From contig OZ244048.1 in NCBI GenBank assembly GCA_965215265.1, forward strand, positions 1,984,001 through 2,048,000: a stretch of 64,000 nucleotides of DNA, in the 5' to 3' direction. This stretch comes from Candidatus Poribacteria bacterium (GTDB lineage Bacteria > Poribacteria > WGA-4E > WGA-3G). The translations under genes were made by a program, and so were the position numbers. Positions 1 through 9,132 of the stretch are shown here, piece after piece; the stretch's first letter is position 1; every line of letters starts with the position of its first letter. Below the pieces are notes generated by a model that saw nothing but the letters and a program-made list of their open reading frames with translations, did no database searches and was not told the origin of the DNA.

Positions 1-1845
1 AAATAGCCACGACAGGAATATGCCTAACGCAGCAACACAGATAGAGAGTACCATCGCGATAGTGTGTGCAGGACTATGTCCGTGATGTGCGTTGTCTGCG
101 TGTGTGTCATGCGCGCCTTCTTCCTCAGCTGCAACGGCTTCAGAGATACCGAAGAACGCGAATGTTCCTTTGGTATTATTTTCATGAGTCGGGATTCGGT
201 GTAAGTGCGCATGAGCAGGCTGATGCAGATGCGGCTGCGGCGGTACTTTCACATAATCGGCGTTAAACCATAATGTATTGACAACAGGAAAACTGAGCAA
301 CGCTAAGACGATAAGCGGTACGGTCATCGTCTTTGGGGATTCATGCGCCATATCGTGCATTTGTTGATTGCGTGGCTCCCCGAAAAATGTCATAAAGATC
401 AGGCGAAACATATAGAAGGCAGTAATACCCGCTGCAAAAAGTGCGATACCGAATAGAATATAGTGATGGACAGAGTTCCATGCCATCGCGCGGTCCAGTA
501 CCCCACCTAAGATTGCGTCCTTGCTCCAAAACCCGGAGAAGAGAAACGGCACCCCAGAGATAGACAGTGTAGCGATGAGCATTGTGACGAAAGTAATCGG
601 CATTTTATGCCGAAGTCCCCCCATATTACGCATATCTTGATCTGGTGGGATGTCGGCACCGTGTTCATAGGCGAGTTCATGGTTGTTGTGCTCGTGCGTA
701 TCCCGGTGTTCGTGTGCTGACTCGTTGTGTGCATGTTCATGTTCATGATTATGGTTGTGGGCGTGCATCGCGTGGAAGGCATGAATGACGCTACCGGAAC
801 CGAGGAACAACAGTGCCTTGAAAAACGCGTGCGTTGTGAGGTGGAATAGCCCAGCTACATAACTTCCTACGCCAATTCCGAGCATCATGTACCCGAGTTG
901 GCTAATAGTAGAATATGCCAAGACCCGCTTAATGTCAAAACGGACGATGGCGATAGTCGCTGCGATGAGTGCTGTAATGCCACCTATATAAGCAATCACA
1001 AGAGACGATGTTTCTGTTAAAATCGGGAACATCCGTGCGGTGAGGTATACCCCCGCTGCTACCATCGTTGCGGCATGAATGAGGGCACTTACCGGTGTGG
1101 GACCCTCCATTGCATCAGGGAGCCAGGTGTGCAGTGGTACCTGGGCAGATTTCCCGATTGCGCCACAAAAAATTAGCACGCCTGCGATTGAAAGCCACAC
1201 CATATCTGCAGTGGTTAGTTGAGTCGCCGCGAGTCCGAAAATCCCGTTATCGCCATGGAGTGCAAGCGTGTTGAATTTGGTAAACAGCATCATCATGCCG
1301 ATGAACATGCCGATGTCCCCTACGCGCGTAGTCAAGAACGCTTTTTTACATGCATTCGCTGCAGAGTCTTTCTCAAACCAGAAACCGATGAGCAGATATG
1401 AACAGAGCCCGACTAACTCCCAACCGATATAGATGCCGAGCAGGTTGTCAGAAACGACTAAAAAGAGCATCGAAAACGAGAAGAGAGAGAGATAAGCGAA
1501 AAATCGTGGGTATCTCGGATCACCGTGCATATAGCCCATTGAGAAAATATGCACGAGACTACTCACGAGCGTCACAACAATCAACATGATTGCCGTGACA
1601 CTGTCAAAATAGAATCCCATAGAAAAGTTAACCTGCCCGATGGAAATCCATTCGACGGTGTGCGCTTCAGGTTCCGGAATTACCTGTTGCCAAAGTAGTA
1701 GTGAACAGACAAGCGCGATGAGCATTGCTGCTGTAGAGATATAGTCTTGTCGAGGTACACGCCGTTTTGCGAGTGACATGAGTCCGAAGATAGCAAAAGC
1801 GGCGAGTGGACAGAGTAAGAGAATGCTAATTAGCGGGACAGTCAT
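1..1845 (-). CDS. nuoL: NADH-quinone oxidoreductase subunit L (3' end runs off window)
   Basis: Manual translation from ATG at 1845 gives typical NuoL motifs (GKSAQVPLHTWLPDAMEGPTPVSALIHAATMV, HAFFKALLFLGSGSVIH, QDMRNMGGL); follows nuoK; absent from ORF track because it has no stop in the window. Confidence 0.95.
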   Translation of the reverse strand, partial: MTVPLISILLLCPLAAFAIFGLMSLAKRRVPRQDYISTAAMLIALVCSLLLWQQVIPEPEAHTVEWISIGQVNFSMGFYFDSVTAIMLIVVTLVSSLVHIFSMGYMHGDPRYPRFFAYLSLFSFSMLFLVVSDNLLGIYIGWELVGLCSYLLIGFWFEKDSAANACKKAFLTTRVGDIGMFIGMMMLFTKFNTLALHGDNGIFGLAATQLTTADMVWLSIAGVLIFCGAIGKSAQVPLHTWLPDAMEGPTPVSALIHAATMVAAGVYLTARMFPILTETSSLVIAYIGGITALIAATIAIVRFDIKRVLAYSTISQLGYMMLGIGVGSYVAGLFHLTTHAFFKALLFLGSGSVIHAFHAMHAHNHNHEHEHAHNESAHEHRDTHEHNNHELAYEHGADIPPDQDMRNMGGLRHKMPITFVTMLIATLSISGVPFLFSGFWSKDAILGGVLDRAMAWNSVHHYILFGIALFAAGITAFYMFRLIFMTFFGEPRNQQMHDMAHESPKTMTVPLIVLALLSFPVVNTLWFNADYVKVPPQPHLHQPAHAHLHRIPTHENNTKGTFAFFGISEAVAAEEEGAHDTHADNAHHGHSPAHTIAMVLSICVAALGIFLSWLF

Positions 1846-1861
1846 AACGTTCCTTTAACCT

Positions 1862-2170
1862 TTAACCTTTTAAGGTATCCACTTCATCAGGGCGAATGCT
1901 ACCGAATTCGCGATAGATAGCGAGAATAATCGCGAGGAAGACCGCGGCTTCTGCGGCGGCGAGAACAATACCGAAAATAGCGATTATCTGTCCATCAATG
2001 TTTTCAGGCGGCGTAGCAAAGCGCGAAAACGCAGCAAAGTTAAGATTACACGAATTGAGAATGAGCTCGATGCCCATCAAAATGCTGATGGCGTTCCGGC
2101 GCGTCAGCACAGCGAAAATGCCGAGCGTAAACAGAATCGCACTGATTACCAAATAGTGTTGTAGAGTCAT
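1862..2170 (-). CDS. nuoK: NADH-quinone oxidoreductase subunit K
   Basis: 102 aa, 3 TM, RRNAISILMGIELILN and AAAEAAV motifs. Confidence 0.96.
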   Translation of the reverse strand: MTLQHYLVISAILFTLGIFAVLTRRNAISILMGIELILNSCNLNFAAFSRFATPPENIDGQIIAIFGIVLAAAEAAVFLAIILAIYREFGSIRPDEVDTLKG

Positions 2171-2231
2171 TTTTTTTTCGTATGGTTCCGTGTCTTTTTA
2201 CCGTGGCCTTTGCCTCTGTAGGGTTGCCGAA

Positions 2232-2753
2232 CTACTCGTCCCGCACCTCTTTTCTCGAAATCAGGGCTGCGCCAATTAAAGCCACTAACAGCAGTACTGA
2301 TACCACTTCAAAGGGGAGCAGGAACTGCCCATTCAAAATTGATTCACCGATGCGTTCGGTTGTCGGTTCAAGTTGGGTCCCGTCGTCAGCGAGGTTCTTC
2401 CATTGCGGGGTTTTGGCAATGATAGTCAGGAGCAGCATGAGCAGTGCTAAAGCGACGCCGGCCCCTAACCAGAGTTGTCCACGTTCAATGTGGATGCGCA
2501 TCTCTAAGCGGCCACTCGTCATCATCACCCCGAATAGGATAAGGACAAGAATGCCGCCGACGTAGACAATCACCTGCGTTGCCGCGAGGAAATCTGCTTG
2601 TAAAAAGACGTAAAGCCCGGCGACACCAAAAAGCGTCACCATCAACGAAAACGCTGCGTGGACGATGTTCCGCACCGTTACCACAACGAGTGCCGATGCA
2701 ATAGTTAACAGCGCGAAACCGTAAAAAATCAACGTTTTAAGTGTAAATTCCAT
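2232..2753 (-). CDS. nuoJ: NADH-quinone oxidoreductase subunit J
   Basis: ADFLAATQVIVYVGGILVLILFGVM and LLPFEVVSVLLLVALIGA motifs. Confidence 0.96.
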   Translation of the reverse strand: MEFTLKTLIFYGFALLTIASALVVVTVRNIVHAAFSLMVTLFGVAGLYVFLQADFLAATQVIVYVGGILVLILFGVMMTSGRLEMRIHIERGQLWLGAGVALALLMLLLTIIAKTPQWKNLADDGTQLEPTTERIGESILNGQFLLPFEVVSVLLLVALIGAALISRKEVRDE

Positions 2754-2895
2754 CTATCAAACTAACCTTTTGTCATTCTAATCCTTGGATGACAGAAAAC
2801 AAATTTTCGGTATAACCGGCCGGAGTGTTTCTGGCGAGAGGGCACTTAGGACTTCACCGCCAATTCGTCTAATCGCTTTAAGCACCAAATTTCCT

Positions 2896-3612
2896 CTAAC
2901 CTGCTGCTGCTGTGTCTGCTCCATTGTCCTTATCGTACATCTCTTGCTTGGCAAACTGAAAGATTAAATCTGACCGGTCAAATTTAGAGTACTCAATACC
3001 TTCGAGAGAATCCTTCATGGTGAGGCACTCTGTCGGGCAAACCTCTGTGCAGAGGCCACAATACATGCAGAGGGACATGTCGATATCAAACTGATCGAGG
3101 TAGAAAACGACAGGATTCCTTCTGACAAGCCGTGTGACTTCTTCGCTTGGAACCGTCTGTGTACGGTTATCATCCGGCGATGTCTCAAACCGGTCTGCCA
3201 CAATTTGCAATCCGTGGCGAGAGGTGACGTTTGTCACCGTTAAAGGCTGCCCCGGGATGACTTTTTCATCTCCTTCAACAATCCCGATGATTTCACGTCC
3301 GTCCTTTAGGTGCACGACGTTCAGACTATCCCACAAGCGCTGACCTTTGGGGAGTTTGGTGCCGGTAATGGTAATGCAATCGACGGGACAGATCATCTCG
3401 CATTTTTTACAGCCGATGCAATCTTCTATTCTATTGTAGAGCTGCCCGCGGTATCCTTTAGGAATTTCTCGGACGTTCTGCTTTTTTTCATAGTCGTGTT
3501 CGTACGGGTATTGATGCGTGACGTTCGGTTCAAAGAATTGCCGGATTGTCACCCGCATCCCGACGAGCACCGTCCAAACGCCTCTGTAGATGTTGCGTAA
3601 ATATTTATCCAT
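2896..3612 (-). CDS. nuoI: NADH-quinone oxidoreductase subunit I (2x[4Fe-4S]) with large insertion
   Basis: VTHQYP, CIGCKKCEMICP and CMYCGLCTEVCP motifs; lies between nuoH and nuoJ. Confidence 0.93.
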   Translation of the reverse strand: MDKYLRNIYRGVWTVLVGMRVTIRQFFEPNVTHQYPYEHDYEKKQNVREIPKGYRGQLYNRIEDCIGCKKCEMICPVDCITITGTKLPKGQRLWDSLNVVHLKDGREIIGIVEGDEKVIPGQPLTVTNVTSRHGLQIVADRFETSPDDNRTQTVPSEEVTRLVRRNPVVFYLDQFDIDMSLCMYCGLCTEVCPTECLTMKDSLEGIEYSKFDRSDLIFQFAKQEMYDKDNGADTAAAG

Positions 3613-3629
3613 GTCGTATTTTCCTCCTT

Positions 3630-4877
3630 TTAAACGGGACTCGTTTGCGGTTTCGGTGCGAGAATTTTCCCTATAATTACGTACGCTTGGACGAGCCCAA
3701 CTGCTATAATCGCGATACTGATGCCGGTGCTGAGTGGTGTATCCTTTTCAAAGATGAGTCCCCAGATGCCGGTGCCTAAGATGTTAAAGAAAGCGAGGGG
3801 GATGAAGTATTTCCAACACAGATTCATCAGTTGATCTACGCGGAGGCGCGGGAGTGTCCATCGCAGCCACATCATGAGGAAGACTAGCCCTAACGTTTTG
3901 ATGACAAAGCCGGGCAATCCGCCAAGCAGATTGAATCCGCTGCCAAGCAGGGCGAATTCTGGCAAGACACCTTCCCAACCACCGAGGAAGAGGGTTACAG
4001 CGATTGCACTCACGGCGAACATGTTGGCGTATTCAGCGATGAAGAAAAGCGCAAATCGCATGCCGCTGTATTCGGTGTGAAACCCGGCGACGATTTCGGA
4101 TTCCGCTTCCGGTAAATCAAAAGGGGTTCGGTTGACTTCAGCGATCGAGGAAATAAAGAAGATAAAGAATGCGATAAACGTGAAAGGTGTACGGAAGATG
4201 AGCCAATCCGAGATGCCCCCGGATTGGTTTGCTACAATTTCCTGCATATTCAAACTTTCAACGAGCATGACGACGGTAAGGATAGAGAGTCCGAGTGGAA
4301 TTTCATAACTGACGATTTGCGCTGCCGAACGTAAAGAACCTAAAAGCGACCATTTGCTGTTAGAAGACCAGCCTGCCATGATAACGCCCATAACAATCAC
4401 GGAGGATATCGCCATGATATAGAAGATACCGATATTAAATTCGCTGACGAGGATGTTTTCTCCAAACGGAATCGCTGCAAAAACTGCAAAGGAACAGGCG
4501 AAAATGATATAAGGTGCAAGCAGAAAGAGGAGTTTATCGCCTTGGGGCGGAATATAATCCTCTTTGAAGAGGAGTTTCACGCCATCTGCCAACGTTTGGA
4601 GGAGCCCCCAGGGTCCGACTCGCATCGGTCCGGTTCTGTTCTGAAATCGAGCAGCGACTTTCCGCTCTGCAAGGACTAAAACCAGTGGCAGCAGCGGCAC
4701 AATCGCGACGAAAATACCGGCACACCCAAACATAACGAGTACTGAACCGAGTTCCCCAGAAAAAAGTTCGGCGGCCCCCGGCAGTAAGGGAACTATGACA
4801 TTCTGGATAAACCTTTCCGCCCAGTTTCCACTGGTGGGTTCCTGTACAAAGAAACTATTGGGGAAAATATCTGGCAT
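3630..4877 (-). CDS. nuoH: NADH-quinone oxidoreductase subunit H
   Basis: AERKVAARFQNRTGP, NRTPFDLPEAESEIVAGFHTEYSG, PRLRVDQLM. Confidence 0.97.
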   Translation of the reverse strand: MPDIFPNSFFVQEPTSGNWAERFIQNVIVPLLPGAAELFSGELGSVLVMFGCAGIFVAIVPLLPLVLVLAERKVAARFQNRTGPMRVGPWGLLQTLADGVKLLFKEDYIPPQGDKLLFLLAPYIIFACSFAVFAAIPFGENILVSEFNIGIFYIMAISSVIVMGVIMAGWSSNSKWSLLGSLRSAAQIVSYEIPLGLSILTVVMLVESLNMQEIVANQSGGISDWLIFRTPFTFIAFFIFFISSIAEVNRTPFDLPEAESEIVAGFHTEYSGMRFALFFIAEYANMFAVSAIAVTLFLGGWEGVLPEFALLGSGFNLLGGLPGFVIKTLGLVFLMMWLRWTLPRLRVDQLMNLCWKYFIPLAFFNILGTGIWGLIFEKDTPLSTGISIAIIAVGLVQAYVIIGKILAPKPQTSPV

Positions 4878-4946
4878 CTAATCTCCTTATCATTTTGTCT
4901 ACATTCATGAGACCTGTCAAGGCAGTAACAAGCGAGCTCTACTAAC

Positions 4947-6152
4947 TTACCGGTCAACTTCTCCCATTACAATATCAATACTGCCAATAATTGCAATAAT
5001 GTCTGCCACCATAAGCCCGTGGCTCAGTTCTCGTAGTGCACTCAAAGCACTGAAGCAGGGCGAACGTCCTTTGACGCGGACCGGCTTGGGGGTTCCATCA
5101 CTAATAATATAGAAGCCGAGTTCTCCACGTGGTGCTTCACTACGGAAATAGATTTCGCCTTTCGGCGGCCGTACAGCCTTTAAATTTGCCATGACTGGGC
5201 CGTCAGGGAGTCCTTCTGCCAAAATCTGCCGGACAATCCGTACCGACTCTTTCATCTCGTCCATCCGGATCTTGTAACGGCTCCAACAATCCCCTACCGT
5301 AGCCCCCAATTCCGGGATATCCTTTGCGACCGGGACATCAAATTCAAACCGGTCGTAGATGGAGTAAGGTTCATCTCGCCGTAAGTCCCAATCAACGCCT
5401 GAGCCACGAAGATTCGGTCCGGTTGCCCCGTAGCTGAGTGCCATTTCAGCAGACATAACAGCTACGCCTGTTGTACGTTGACTGAAGATGCTATTTTTGG
5501 TTAGGAGCTCGTTGTACTCGTCAATCATCGGTTCGAAATAGTCAAGAAAACGTTCGATCTCGTCTAAAAAGTTCTGTTCGAAGAGTGAGCCGGGTTCCAT
5601 GGGAATGATTTCGGAGACACCGCCGATCCGGATGTAGTTATAGGTGAGGCGTGCGCCGCACACTTTTTCAAAAAGGAGAAGCAACCGTTCCCTGTCACGG
5701 AAGGCGTAGAGAAAGGGGGTAAAAGCGCCAATATCCATGCCGTATGTCCCGAATGAAAGGAGGTGACTGGCGATGCGATTCAACTCACAGATCAGTACCC
5801 GGAGGTATTCTGCGCGCTCCGGTATTCTGAAATTCTTGCTGGAGTCTGCTTGCAACAGTTTCTCGACAGCGAGGCAGAACCCCCAATTCTGGTTCATCGC
5901 CGCGACGTAATCCATCCGGTCAGTGAAAGGAATAATTTGTGGGTAGGAGAGGTTCTCCGAATGTTTCTCAAAACAGCGGTGGAGGTATCCGATGTGCGGA
6001 ATGGCCTCACGCACCACTTCGCCTTCCAATTTCAACTCAAGGCGCAAAACACCGTGCGTGCTTGGGTGCTGAGGGCCCATGTTCACCACCATCTCATCGG
6101 CGAACGGTTTGAGTTCAATAATCTTGCTTTCTGTTCCGTTTGTGGTTTCCAT
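4947..6152 (-). CDS. nuoD: NADH-quinone oxidoreductase subunit D
   Basis: NMGPQHPSTHGVLRL, GYLHR, EAPRGELG, C-terminal GEVDR. Confidence 0.97.
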   Translation of the reverse strand: METTNGTESKIIELKPFADEMVVNMGPQHPSTHGVLRLELKLEGEVVREAIPHIGYLHRCFEKHSENLSYPQIIPFTDRMDYVAAMNQNWGFCLAVEKLLQADSSKNFRIPERAEYLRVLICELNRIASHLLSFGTYGMDIGAFTPFLYAFRDRERLLLLFEKVCGARLTYNYIRIGGVSEIIPMEPGSLFEQNFLDEIERFLDYFEPMIDEYNELLTKNSIFSQRTTGVAVMSAEMALSYGATGPNLRGSGVDWDLRRDEPYSIYDRFEFDVPVAKDIPELGATVGDCWSRYKIRMDEMKESVRIVRQILAEGLPDGPVMANLKAVRPPKGEIYFRSEAPRGELGFYIISDGTPKPVRVKGRSPCFSALSALRELSHGLMVADIIAIIGSIDIVMGEVDR

Positions 6153-6208
6153 AGTATCGCGCTGAGTACTCGTTCCTAATTATTAACGCGGGTATATCTG
6201 ATATAATT

Positions 6209-6237
6209 ATGATACCATTTTTGCAAGCAGATGTCAA
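6209..6237 (-). promoter_or_regulatory. sigma70-type promoter of nuoD-H-I-J-K-L
   Basis: TTGACA-17 bp-TATCAT on minus strand. Confidence 0.65.
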
Positions 6238-6362
6238 ATTTTAAGCACTTTTCCTCGGTAAACGGCGTGAAAACAGTATGTCTTTTAAGATAGGTACATA
6301 GGTCCGAATAACAAAACCAGGACAGCAGAGCGGATAGCTCGATTTCCTCATATCAAAAAATA

Positions 6363-6605
6363 CTACATTAACGCGTCTTCGACAACTTCAGGGAGCTCCA
6401 CGGTACTCGGGTCGACATCAATAGGGTATTCAGTCCCATAAGCCTCAACGAGTTCATCAAAAGTGACGTTATCTACGCGCTCCAGATCGTCACCGGGGTA
6501 GACAAGCCAGGCACCATAACAGCCATCACAACTGACAAGGTCGGCGTTGTCTTGTTAGATCGGGAACTGCGTGAGCGGGTTATTGCAATCTGGACAAGGT
6601 AACAT
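6363..6605 (-). pseudogene. Small acidic zinc-ribbon protein interrupted by in-frame TAA
   Basis: MLPCPDCNNPLTQFPI*QDNADLVSCDGCYGAWLVYPGDDLERV...EVVEDALM; two CxxC motifs; AAGGAG RBS upstream; TAA at 6555-6557. Confidence 0.6.
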
Positions 6606-6622
6606 TATAGATTCTCCTTTAG

Positions 6623-7810
6623 TTAACCAGCAGCCGGTGCGAAGGTTTCAGGATTCTCAGCGGCTGCATCGTAATCGTCAATCAATTTCGTAATGCTCGG
6701 ATTTTCGCCACAGAGTGGGCAATTTTTGTCGCGCTGAGTTTGCACCTCACGGTACGTCATACTGAGAGCTTCGTACAGTATCAATCTACCGATGAGCGGT
6801 TCGCCGATGCCGATAATATACTTAATGGCTTCGGTTGCCATCATGACACCAATTACGCCTGGGAGCACGCCCAGTACACCTGCTTCACTTCAGCTAGGTA
6901 CCATACCCGGCGGTGGCGGGGTGGGGAACATGCACCGGTAGCAGGGCCCCTCGTGCGGTTTAAAGAGAGAGACTTGCCCCTCAAATTGGAAGATACTGCC
7001 GTGGACGATGGGCTTATTCATCAATACCGCTGCGTCGTTGACGAGATAGCGCGTAGCGAAATTATCACAGCCGTCAACAATTAGGTCGTACTCTGCAAAA
7101 ATCTCCTCTACGTTATCTGCTGTTAGCCGGAGGTTATACGGTTTAATGTCTACATCCGGGTTGAGGGATTTGATAGTGGTTGTTGCGGACTGTACCTTCG
7201 GTGTCCCGACTGCCTCGGTGCGGTGGAGGATCTGGCGTTGCAGGTTACTCAGCTCGACAACATCAGAGTCAATGACACCGAGGTGCCCCACGCCCGCTGC
7301 CCCAAGGTAAACACCGGCTGGCGAACCTAAGCCGCCTGCACCCACGAGCAACACTTTGGCATCAAGTAGTTTGGATTGCCCTCTTTCGCCGACTTCAGTC
7401 AACATAAAGTGCCGGCTGTACCGGTCGAGTTGTTCGTTACTCATCGGTTTGTCTTGTGCTGTTGGGTACCCGGCGGCCATCCAGTCTCTATAGCCACCTG
7501 CCATTGAGACGGTGTCGGTATATCCCATTTCACGCAGTGCCTTTGCGGCAAGAAGAGAGCGCAGGCCTGCGGCGCAATAGACAACGACTTTCTGCTCCCG
7601 GTCTGGAATATAGTTCTCAACAGAAAATTCGAGCATGCCGCGGGTGACGTGGACGGCCTCAGGGATATATCCGGCACGATATTCATCTTCATCACGGACA
7701 TCCAGCAGCACGAAATCGCCACCGGCATCCTGATCCGATTTCACGTCAGCGACGGACACTTCTGGGATTTCTGTTTTTGCCTCTTCAACGATTTGCCTAT
7801 AGGACTTCAT
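6623..7810 (-). CDS. moeB: Rhodanese-MoeB/ThiF (E1-like adenylyltransferase) fusion, probable selenoprotein (UGA at 6890-6892)
   Basis: N-terminal rhodanese (YCAAGLRS), GAGGLGS, SNLQRQ, CYRC and CPLC Zn motifs; ORFs 6890..7810 and 6623..6868 are in one frame joined by a single TGA in PPPPGMVPS*SEAGVLG. Confidence 0.88.
6850..6889 (-). promoter_or_regulatory. Candidate bacterial SECIS hairpin directly 3' of the UGA
   Basis: CUGGG-CGUGCU-CCCAG stem-loop (6859-6874) with a G-containing loop about 20 nt after the UGA. Confidence 0.5.
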
Positions 7811-7930
7811 AATATCTTCTCCAAAGTGTCAGGGTTATCACAATTTTTCGTCGATGGGAGTGCTCAGGACTATCTAGCATGAACGTTCTGGTTCATATCT
7901 CGTTCAATTTCTTTTTGCATTTCCTTTAAA

Positions 7931-7959
7931 ATTATATCACAAGTTGGTGTTATTGTCAA
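7931..7959 (-). promoter_or_regulatory. Consensus sigma70 promoter of moeB
   Basis: Exact TTGACA-17 bp-TATAAT. Confidence 0.8.
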
Positions 7960-8071
7960 CCGTTTTTTTTTAGGCGCGGTTTGCAGGTTTACCTAATTAT
8001 GGTGAAAGAGATAATGATTCGGACACTTCTTACCGCTTTGTTGACAAGTTGATGAAATAACTCTGAATGTG

Positions 8072-8101
8072 TTGACAATGTGTTTGTGAATGTGGTAAAC
8101 T
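8072..8101 (+). promoter_or_regulatory. sigma70-type promoter of PHP/GT9 genes
   Basis: TTGACA-18 bp-TAAACT with TG extended -10. Confidence 0.55.
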
Positions 8102-8228
8102 TTGATTAAGATAGGCTTGCAGGTTATGCCTAAAGCGGGTAAAAGTTGTACTGCCATTCATGACAAGCATAGCAACCGTCGCCTCGCAAATCATGTGAAA
8201 AAATCCTCAAGAAATAAGGAACTTAGCA

Positions 8229-9104
8229 ATGTTAACTATAAATCCTTTTCACCAATCAGGTCAGTGGTATCGTGGGAACACGCATGCACATAGCACGGAG
8301 TCGGATGGCAAACTTTCTGTCGCGGATCGGTTTGCGGCGTATCGTGATGAGGGGTACGATTTCCTAGTGCTGACAGATCACCGGAAGGTGAACGATGTCC
8401 ATAGGTACAGTACCTCGGATTTTTTGGCAATATCAGGCAGCGAAGTGCATCCGTCAAATCCGTATGGTGGTGCGACGTACCACATTGTGGCGATTAATAT
8501 CCATGAGCCCGTCAATTGTGGGAAGATGCACCCGAACGCCGTGCTTGACGATATTAAGGGACAAGGCGGCGAAGCCGTATTATGCCATCCGTACTGGTGT
8601 GGGCATACAATTACAGATTATCTACCTTTGCAAGGCTATTTCGCTGTTGAGGTTTACAACGATACATGTATGGGGATTGGAAAGGGCTTCTCTGAGCAAG
8701 CGTGGGATGACCTTTTAGATAGAGGAGGTCCGGTGTTCGGTATCGCTTCTGACGATGCACACGGTGTAGAACATGACTGCTTCCACGGTTGGATTATGGT
8801 GAAAGCGAGGTCCCTTACGCTTGAGAGTATTATGGCAGCGTTGCGTTCGGGTGCTTTTTATTCGACGCTGGGTCCAGAAATCAAGGATATAAGCGTTGCT
8901 GGAAATGAGGTAAATGTTAAATGCTCTCCTGCGCAATCAATTGTTTTCAAGGCGGAGTGCAGCCGGGGCAGGCGCATTCTCGCTCCCGAAGGGGAGCTGT
9001 TGACAGGAGCCGCTTATCAGGTTCCTGAAAACACAAAATACGTTCGCATTGAAGTGACGGATGAGGCCGGTAAAAAGGCGTGGTCGAATCCGTTCTTTTT
9101 TTAA
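8229..9104 (+). CDS. PHP-domain metallohydrolase (CehA/McbA-like)
   Basis: GNTHAHSTESDG, LTDH, CHPYW, ASDDAH motifs; C-terminal AWSNP. Confidence 0.85.
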   Translation: MLTINPFHQSGQWYRGNTHAHSTESDGKLSVADRFAAYRDEGYDFLVLTDHRKVNDVHRYSTSDFLAISGSEVHPSNPYGGATYHIVAINIHEPVNCGKMHPNAVLDDIKGQGGEAVLCHPYWCGHTITDYLPLQGYFAVEVYNDTCMGIGKGFSEQAWDDLLDRGGPVFGIASDDAHGVEHDCFHGWIMVKARSLTLESIMAALRSGAFYSTLGPEIKDISVAGNEVNVKCSPAQSIVFKAECSRGRRILAPEGELLTGAAYQVPENTKYVRIEVTDEAGKKAWSNPFFF

Positions 9105-9132
9105 GATATTCAGTGGATGCCCGACGGAAAAG

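Noticed and set aside
6890-6892. Genome-wide UGA reassignment (code 4/25)
   Set aside because: TGA terminates many normal-length genes here (lexA, mutY, GT9) and Trp is encoded by TGG
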